A stretch of DNA of 54,646 nucleotides from a virus (taxonomy: Duplodnaviria > Caudoviricetes): positions 1-54,646 of IMG/VR virus record IMGVR_UViG_3300044729_003149; one strand, written 5' to 3'. Position numbers and translations under genes: made by a program. The notes beneath the pieces were generated by a model. The model had not been told where the DNA came from. It ran no database searches and saw only the letters and a program-made list of their open reading frames with translations. Numbering within the stretch: position 1 is the first letter of the stretch; every line of letters begins with the position of its first letter. Positions 46,115 to 52,557 of the stretch are shown one piece after another.

Positions 46115-46350
46115 TGTGCTTCCCATCTTGGATAGTTGCCAGACCAAAACAGTGCAAACATGGTCAAATCTCTAGCATCTTCAAATATAACTGTTATGAA
46201 ATCCGACCCACGTTGAACTTGAAAATTCAACATGGGTTGATTTCTTTTGACAGCTCGTAACCGATTCAAGATTTTGGTTTTTCTCAATCTATTCCTGGCA
46301 CTGCCTGTGAACCCGGAATACACATTGATCCTAAAATCAATAGTTACCAA
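46111..46350 (-). CDS. hypothetical protein
   Basis: ORF ending TMFALFW; start uncertain. Confidence 0.55.
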   Translation of the reverse strand: MVTIDFRINVYSGFTGSARNRLRKTKILNRLRAVKRNQPMLNFQVQRGSDFITVIFEDARDLTMFALFWSGNYPRWEAQ

Positions 46351-46361
46351 CAGCCGTCGCT

Positions 46362-47306
46362 TTAGCTCTTTTTGCCAACAATGGTGTTGGAAATACGACG
46401 CTGGCTGGCATCGATCTTTTCACGAATGCTGATTACTTCATCACGCAGTTCGTTGCCGTTTTCTTGCAGTTCTTGCAAGCTATCGCCCAGTCCCTGTGCG
46501 AACTCGGCTACTTCGCGAATCCTAGCACGACCAGTCTGTGCATCTGTTGCCAACAACTGACTGATTTCCATGGTCTGACTGATGCGTTGATCATTGGTGA
46601 CATTGGTGGCTTCGCGCATCCTGGCACGCAGTGCACCATCATACCACTCGGCATTTTCATCAGCAGTATCATTGATAAAAGCAGCCATTTCTTCGTTGGT
46701 GTGATAGAATTTTTCACTGGCAGCGCCAATGGCCTTGATAGCATTGGCCATTTCATGTGCAATGTCTACCATGCGACGATTCATGACATTGCGATGCTGT
46801 AGATATTCCAACTTGGTCTTGTTGATCATTGACTCTTGAAAAGCTGCTTCAACAGGGTTTTCCGGTTTCAGCAGATTCAACATCATCAAGCGATTGCGAT
46901 AAACATCGTCTGTGGTACGCATGATCATTTCTCTGTTGCCACCAGCATTGATAGCCCAGCTTTGCATGGCATCAGTAACGTTTTCTTCCACAATGCTGCG
47001 AGCTACCTGTGTTTGTGCAACGTTGTATTGAACATAGGCTTCAACGTCAAATGCTCGTTTGGTCTGCTCAGCAATCATGGCAGCCTGTGCTTCAGGATCC
47101 ATGCCAGCATGCATGCTCAAAAAGCTGCTCATGGGTTTGAATTCTAGTTCTTGCTCTACTGCTGGTTCAACTACCCTGGCCTTGGGTTTGGCTTTGGCTT
47201 TGGGCTTGACTTTAGCTGCAGGCTTGGCAGCTGGCTTTTTGGCTGCAGACTTTGCAGCGGTTTTTTTGACTGGCTTTTCAGCCTTGGCAGGTGTACGAGT
47301 TGCCAT
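46362..47306 (-). CDS. coiled-coil protein with histone-like Lys/Ala/Pro N-terminus
   Basis: KKTAAKSAAKKPAAKPAAK...; long helical remainder; AGGAG RBS. Confidence 0.75.
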   Translation of the reverse strand: MATRTPAKAEKPVKKTAAKSAAKKPAAKPAAKVKPKAKAKPKARVVEPAVEQELEFKPMSSFLSMHAGMDPEAQAAMIAEQTKRAFDVEAYVQYNVAQTQVARSIVEENVTDAMQSWAINAGGNREMIMRTTDDVYRNRLMMLNLLKPENPVEAAFQESMINKTKLEYLQHRNVMNRRMVDIAHEMANAIKAIGAASEKFYHTNEEMAAFINDTADENAEWYDGALRARMREATNVTNDQRISQTMEISQLLATDAQTGRARIREVAEFAQGLGDSLQELQENGNELRDEVISIREKIDASQRRISNTIVGKKS

Positions 47307-47346
47307 GTGATCTCCTATAGGTTAGTGTGGCTGGGCCACCGGTTAC

Positions 47347-47574
47347 TTATTTTTCGCGTTTTGCACCAAATTTTTCTGATGCAGTAAATCCCAGCCCGCC
47401 CAAGACCACGTACATCACGGCTTCTAGCATCTGCGGACTCACAGTTTTTTCAAAAAACAGCTCGGCAACAAAGCCTGTGGCCAGTAGCAAAAAGGCCATG
47501 AAAGTAATCAGCCTTTTGCTACTGGGATTTTGATCACCTTCACCACTCAGGGTTCGAATCAAAAAGTTGATCAT
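47347..47574 (-). CDS. putative holin (2 TM)
   Basis: SSKRLI, two TM segments, basic tail; in lysis cluster. Confidence 0.55.
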   Translation of the reverse strand: MINFLIRTLSGEGDQNPSSKRLITFMAFLLLATGFVAELFFEKTVSPQMLEAVMYVVLGGLGFTASEKFGAKREK

Positions 47575-48083
47575 CGCTCAGGGTGGGGCGGTTGTGCTGG
47601 TGCTTCCTTGCCACCAAACCCTGCGGCCACTGCAGGTGCAAATGTGTCCATCACTGCATCGCCTGCAGCACCAAACGGTCCTGATGCTGCTGCTGGTCCT
47701 GCTGCGGTTGTTGCACTTGTATAGCTAAATGATGCGCCTAGACCACCACCCGACGGCAGTGGGGGAGGGGCACTGGGTGGAGGCGGCTTGTTGGCTGCAT
47801 CCAAGGCTTTGGCACGTAGATCTTTGTCATCGCCTGCCAACATGATGCCTGACAGTGTGCCCGTCAGGAATGTGGCAATGGGAATGATCAATTCAAAAAA
47901 CTTGTTGTCCACAGGACTCATTCCGTTCATGGGCTGTGTTACAAATATCAGGCTGTACAGCACCACAAACACAATGCCAAACAGTGTGCATCCCAACACA
48001 ATGCCGATGAAAAATTTCAGTCGTGCATTGAGTTCTTCAGTGGTGTATCTTGGGCCATCCCATAGTTCTTTTATCATTTGCAT
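47571..48083 (-). CDS. 2-TM membrane protein with Pro/Gly/Ala tail (holin/antiholin candidate)
   Basis: two hydrophobic helices; low-complexity tail. Confidence 0.6.
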   Translation of the reverse strand: MQMIKELWDGPRYTTEELNARLKFFIGIVLGCTLFGIVFVVLYSLIFVTQPMNGMSPVDNKFFELIIPIATFLTGTLSGIMLAGDDKDLRAKALDAANKPPPPSAPPPLPSGGGLGASFSYTSATTAAGPAAASGPFGAAGDAVMDTFAPAVAAGFGGKEAPAQPPHPER

Positions 48084-48313
48084 TCTCCTTTGCTGGCCTG
48101 CGGTGCAGGTGAGTAGACCTCATTACCTTTTTTGTCAATAGTGACAGTTTTCTTTTCGTAGTGAGTGAGATCTTCCGGACAGGTGCCGTTGGCACTACAG
48201 TAGGGTTTGGTACATTCTTTCTTGCCCCAGTTGTCAGGATCCTGACAGGGATAACGATAGTTCTCTTGGCAGGCCACCAACACCGGCAGTGCTGCTAAAA
48301 TCAGCCATCTCAT
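48074..48313 (-). CDS. small Cys-rich lipoprotein
   Basis: lipobox LVAC; YRYPCQDP.NW..KEC..P.C...GTCP. Confidence 0.7.
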   Translation of the reverse strand: MRWLILAALPVLVACQENYRYPCQDPDNWGKKECTKPYCSANGTCPEDLTHYEKKTVTIDKKGNEVYSPAPQASKGECK

Positions 48314-48930
48314 CAGTGTCCTCCCATGACATGCAGTGCATGCTCATAGTGCTTCTTGCGATCTTCCAGGCCAATCGTGCCACCGTTGATGCGCTTGGTC
48401 ATGGTCAGGATATCTCCCTTGTCAGCCCACTGGTTGATTTTGTTGGTTTCCCAGAACCAGCATGCTGACTGAGCAGCACCTTCAAAGGTCTGCATGTATT
48501 CTGCTGCTTCTTCTGGTGTGATTTCCAGACTGGCTGCAAACCAGGTGTAGTTGGTTTTGCCGGTGAGCTGAATCAAGCCACGCCCGCGGTAGCGGAAACC
48601 ATCACCTGATGCTTCGTTGCTGTTGCCCATTCTATCAGCATAGATTCGGTTGGCAATTTTTTCCGGCTTCTTTTCGTACATCCGAGCCGTGGGCATGTCT
48701 TTGAAATACTTGGGGAATACTTTCAAAAGACTTTCTGCTTTGTAATTGAGGTTTTCTGTGAGAAACACAAAGCCGCCGCTTTCATGCGCACACTGTGCTA
48801 TGAATGCTGCTATGCGTTGTGGGGTGTTGATGTCATAGTCAGGCAAGAGTTGGCTCAGTGCCCTATGCCAGTGATCTATGTAGGGATTCCGTGGCAATAG
48901 CTGTCGAAGTTGCTCTTTGGTAAGAGTCAT
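48313..48930 (-). CDS. glycoside hydrolase family 19 endolysin
   Basis: AAFIAQCAHES, ENLNY, GDGFRYRGRGLIQLTGKTNY, INGG.IGLEDR. Confidence 0.92.
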   Translation of the reverse strand: MTLTKEQLRQLLPRNPYIDHWHRALSQLLPDYDINTPQRIAAFIAQCAHESGGFVFLTENLNYKAESLLKVFPKYFKDMPTARMYEKKPEKIANRIYADRMGNSNEASGDGFRYRGRGLIQLTGKTNYTWFAASLEITPEEAAEYMQTFEGAAQSACWFWETNKINQWADKGDILTMTKRINGGTIGLEDRKKHYEHALHVMGGH

Positions 48931-49002
48931 GGTTGCTCCTTTTGTTATCAATCATCGCCTCTTCGGGCGATAGGACGGCAACCATATTTAGCCCGGTTTG
49001 GG

Positions 49003-49320
49003 CTATTTTACTGACTCAAAAATTTCGCGCTGTTTTGTGTACCACTCGTTCCACAGCTCAACTCGAGCACTGCACTCATGATAATGTGCGTAGTTTTCTA
49101 CCACTGTGCTGACCACAACACTGAGCTGTGTGGTGTCAGCAGGCATGGTCTTGAGCTCAGGGCACAGAGTTTTGAGCTCTGCAGGAGCTTCGGGAAACTT
49201 GCGTGCCACTGGCACTGTGGTGCTGCATCCAGACAACACCAGCAAAAATACCAGCATGATCACTGCCACAGCAATGAAAAATCTGCCTACAGGAACGTCA
49301 TTGGAATCATGTGAGCTCAT
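49003..49320 (-). CDS. o-spanin (Rz1-like lipoprotein)
   Basis: lipobox LSGC; Pro-rich P..P..L...CP.L; YHEC. Confidence 0.75.
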   Translation of the reverse strand: MSSHDSNDVPVGRFFIAVAVIMLVFLLVLSGCSTTVPVARKFPEAPAELKTLCPELKTMPADTTQLSVVVSTVVENYAHYHECSARVELWNEWYTKQREIFESVK

Positions 49321-49796
49321 TTTTCTACCTCTCGAAGCGGACCAACATCCACTGTGCCTTGTTTTACTCGTGCTGCATCATTCAAGATAGATATGGCCTG
49401 GGGCGCCACGGTGCATTGACGATCTATGACTTCACGCTCTTTGACCACACGATCTTGGTAAACCACCTGTTGTTGTTTGATCACTTTGGTGCGCTCGCGC
49501 CAGCGTGTCTGTATCACAGTGTTGGTTTCTTTGCTCTTTTCTTCAGCTACCTTTACCTTGGCTTCTAGCTCTGCCACTCTGGCACGCCACTCGTGTTCAA
49601 CCACACTGCCGCCCTTGAAGTACACACCCACTGTGAGCAGAATGATACCAGCTACCTTGAACCAGGTACGATACACATTCACCAACGGGATCGCAGTGAG
49701 CACAAAGCTCAGTGCTGTGACTGCTAGACCCACCACAATTGTGATGTCAATCAGCCAGTCCATGACAGCGGTGGGCAAAAATTGAATTAACCACAT
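49317..49796 (-). CDS. i-spanin (Rz-like)
   Basis: N-terminal TM segments, periplasmic coiled coil, C-terminal Cys; next to o-spanin. Confidence 0.7.
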   Translation of the reverse strand: MWLIQFLPTAVMDWLIDITIVVGLAVTALSFVLTAIPLVNVYRTWFKVAGIILLTVGVYFKGGSVVEHEWRARVAELEAKVKVAEEKSKETNTVIQTRWRERTKVIKQQQVVYQDRVVKEREVIDRQCTVAPQAISILNDAARVKQGTVDVGPLREVEK

Positions 49797-49804
49797 ATAC
49801 CCTC

Positions 49805-50230
49805 CTAGCTCGCGTATTTATTTAGATGATCACACACAATCTTGGCCCACTTTTCTGCATCTTTTTCTGTGATGCGAAAATCACAAGTGTTGGGAGCCTG
49901 AAATACAGCATCTGTGTCAGCATAGCTGCTGTGGCTTACAGTGTCCATCCATACAGTGATGTCTGCTGCGTATGTGTCGCGTTGTTGCTGCAACGGCGCT
50001 ACAAAATCACAGATCACAAACACAGTTTCAGCTGAATCAGCCATTTCGCGCATTCTTGTGCTCTGTCTCACACGCCCCGACTCGCTGAAATCCCAGTCAT
50101 TGTATTTGCGGCGTACTTGATCAGCATTGAACCAAGTGACTTGATCTGCACCCAAACGTGCAACCAGTGCTGCGGCCAATGTGGTTTTGCCTGCGCCGGG
50201 CAGGCCCATGATCAATATTCTTCGAGCCAT
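49805..50230 (-). CDS. P-loop kinase (adenylylsulfate kinase-like, short)
   Basis: GLPGAGKTT, NADQVR, DFSESGR, DFVAP. Confidence 0.75.
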   Translation of the reverse strand: MARRILIMGLPGAGKTTLAAALVARLGADQVTWFNADQVRRKYNDWDFSESGRVRQSTRMREMADSAETVFVICDFVAPLQQQRDTYAADITVWMDTVSHSSYADTDAVFQAPNTCDFRITEKDAEKWAKIVCDHLNKYAS

Positions 50231-50865
50231 GGATGTTGTTTCAAGATGTATTCAGCAGCGGCTTGGTGCGCTGAGTGCATGGGATGCAAATTCTTACTGA
50301 TATCATGTCCTTGACGCCGACTCCAATTCAAGAAATTTGCATCATCAAAATCAGTCACACAATCACGTATTCGTTTTTGCAATGACACAAGATGTTGCTT
50401 GCTGTTCCAACGTTGTTCCCACAACAAATCATCCATGGCAGTCATTACAAAAGGAATGTTGTGACTCTTGAGCAAAGCACAGACAGTGGAAATCACAGCA
50501 AGACTCTGCAGTTGATCACGATACTGTGAATGTAAATCACGATAGTAAACTGTGGCCAAGTCAGATTCAGTTGTGGGTCTCAAGGTAGACCACTGTGCTT
50601 TACCTGATGCCTGAAAATCATGACGATCAATCCAGGTCCAGGCTATGACAAAAATTGATTGATCATTTGAGTGTATTTCCCGCAGCACAGTATCAAAAAT
50701 CTGCATGTTGCCCACGCCCGGTCGGGCATGGCATTGATATTCATACCCCAACTGTTGAGCCAACAATGCAGGCCATGTGTGTGTGCTGGGTTGCAGTCCC
50801 TGTGTGGCTGGTTGATCAAGATCACTGCCGTAGACAAAACTGCATCCAAAACTTTTGAGTTTCAT
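50212..50865 (-). CDS. SGNH/GDSL-like protein (paralogue 8)
   Basis: FGCSFVYG, GVGN, VIAWT, LHP...AH. Confidence 0.65.
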   Translation of the reverse strand: MKLKSFGCSFVYGSDLDQPATQGLQPSTHTWPALLAQQLGYEYQCHARPGVGNMQIFDTVLREIHSNDQSIFVIAWTWIDRHDFQASGKAQWSTLRPTTESDLATVYYRDLHSQYRDQLQSLAVISTVCALLKSHNIPFVMTAMDDLLWEQRWNSKQHLVSLQKRIRDCVTDFDDANFLNWSRRQGHDISKNLHPMHSAHQAAAEYILKQHPWLEEY

Positions 50866-50898
50866 ATGCAGTTAATTATAGTTCGGGGAATGTTGAGG

Positions 50899-51387
50899 CT
50901 ATTTTCCTGCCTTGGCCAGAGCCGCGCCTTTGTTGAAACTGGGACTCCAACTGTTGGGATCACGCTGTTTGGTCTTGAACCAGCTGTAGCCGGCACGATG
51001 TCCTGAGCAGTCTTTGGTGCACTGACTGCCCAGAAAGTAGAGTTCGTCCAGCTGTTCTCGTCCTTCAGGCAACACCAGTTCCGGTGTGTCGCTTTGATAG
51101 GTGCGATTCTGAACCACTGTTTTGAATTTCAGCACATTGCGTCCAGTGCTGCGAATACCCAGACTGATGCCAGTGTCAGGATCGCGGATCCACATCTTTT
51201 GTCCTGGCGGCACCTGTGCCAGTTTGTCTGCGATACTGGGCAGTTTGCGCAGGGCTTGATCAACGTCGTTGGGATCTATTTCTCTAAAATAGGTCTGTTC
51301 AATCACATGCTCGTCTACATCTACTGTGAGATCGCCTATGCGGATGCGGCCGGCCTGTGCTTCTTTAACTAGTTCGCAGGCTCGCAT
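50899..51387 (-). CDS. modular protein with capsid-targeting-like N-terminus
   Basis: MRACELVKE; LDE then CTKDCSGHRAGYSW module. Confidence 0.7.
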   Translation of the reverse strand: MRACELVKEAQAGRIRIGDLTVDVDEHVIEQTYFREIDPNDVDQALRKLPSIADKLAQVPPGQKMWIRDPDTGISLGIRSTGRNVLKFKTVVQNRTYQSDTPELVLPEGREQLDELYFLGSQCTKDCSGHRAGYSWFKTKQRDPNSWSPSFNKGAALAKAGK

Positions 51388-51389
51388 GA

Positions 51390-51797
51390 TCAGTCAGTGA
51401 CTGGGCCGCCTTCGACCCAGGCATCACAGGTGCGCAGAGCAGCGCATTTGAATTTGAGAAATTTGCAGTAGCCCAGATCACCAGCATCAATGGTGTCGTG
51501 CGGGTCTGACCCTGGTTCACCGCCAATGCCCTTGGCAATGCAGCTCAGCATTTTTTCTGTGATGTCAAACGCAGCACAGTTGCCGCAGCGATTGGCCTTG
51601 ACTGATTCAATGTCGTCGGTGTTCCACTTGTCAGCCAGCTCGGCCCAGTATTCTTCGTTGGGCTCGTTGGGATTGAGTGGACCGTAGTGATATTCGTCAA
51701 TGGCTTTTTGACGATTTTTAAGATTGAGTTCAATGCTCTGTGTGGCTGGAGGACAGCCACGACTCACAGATTCTACTAGGTTGATTAGATTTCTCAT
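51390..51797 (-). CDS. Cys-rich protein with capsid-targeting-like N-terminus
   Basis: MRNLINLVE; CPPATQ, CGNC, C..KFKC...RTC.AW. Confidence 0.75.
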   Translation of the reverse strand: MRNLINLVESVSRGCPPATQSIELNLKNRQKAIDEYHYGPLNPNEPNEEYWAELADKWNTDDIESVKANRCGNCAAFDITEKMLSCIAKGIGGEPGSDPHDTIDAGDLGYCKFLKFKCAALRTCDAWVEGGPVTD

Positions 51798-52156
51798 TGT
51801 TTGCGTTCTGGTTTTGTGGCTACATTTATTGCTGCACCACGTCGTTCAGGATTGGGATCTTCTCTGCGTTTTTTGGCAGCAGCGGTCTTGCGACCTTTCT
51901 TGCCCAGACTATGTGCCTTGCTGGCAGGCAAGCATTTGGGTTTGCCTTCGCCCTCGCTGCGTCCACCGCAGGCTCCGCGTATTTTACCATCGGGGCCAAA
52001 GCGCACCCATTTTTGCTTGAACCACTTTTTGAGATCTTCTTCCAGTTCTTGTTCGCTCACGGGCACACAATTAGGCACCATGCGGTCGCCTTTTTTCTTC
52101 ATGCCTCGCTGCTGATAACCTTTCCAGCAGGCTTCAAGAATGTCGCGATATCTCAT
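51794..52156 (-). CDS. two-module basic protein
   Basis: MRYRDILE-ACWKGY...VPNCV; LEE-DLKKWFKQKWV...PKCLP. Confidence 0.75.
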   Translation of the reverse strand: MRYRDILEACWKGYQQRGMKKKGDRMVPNCVPVSEQELEEDLKKWFKQKWVRFGPDGKIRGACGGRSEGEGKPKCLPASKAHSLGKKGRKTAAAKKRREDPNPERRGAAINVATKPERKQ

Positions 52157-52539
52157 TGAGCTTGTGCAGAAACTGCAACAGTAAACTCGCCGCCCACGGG
52201 TTGATCAAATCGCCAACCTTTTTGTCTAAACATGTTGTAGTAAGGACCAATCACTTTGCTGACATTTTGAGGGCTCACAACGCCGTCCCAGTTAGATTTT
52301 TGTGAATCCATGGTGCCTGGATGATTTTGAATCACAGTCACTGATCCGTCTTGATTGACTTTGCTAGTAAATCCATATGTTGGGGTTGTGCTAAAATAAC
52401 TGTTCAATTTGTCAACAATTTCTTCGGCGTATTTGGCTGTGGCTTGTGAATCAACTTGCACATTGGCAGATGGCACAGCCTCGGCCATGGAAGCCTGTTC
52501 AATCAAATCAGCATATTTTCTAAAAAATCTTGGATCCAT
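52153..52539 (-). CDS. hypothetical protein
   Basis: MDPRFFRKYADLIE...MAE leader. Confidence 0.7.
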   Translation of the reverse strand: MDPRFFRKYADLIEQASMAEAVPSANVQVDSQATAKYAEEIVDKLNSYFSTTPTYGFTSKVNQDGSVTVIQNHPGTMDSQKSNWDGVVSPQNVSKVIGPYYNMFRQKGWRFDQPVGGEFTVAVSAQAQ

Positions 52540-52557
52540 TATTAAAATTCCTTTCGC

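Noticed and set aside
48954-48971. Hairpin ATCGCC/GGCGAT in the endolysin leader as a translational switch or terminator
   Set aside because: It does not cover the RBS and has no U-tract on the coding strand; at most a stabilising 5' hairpin.
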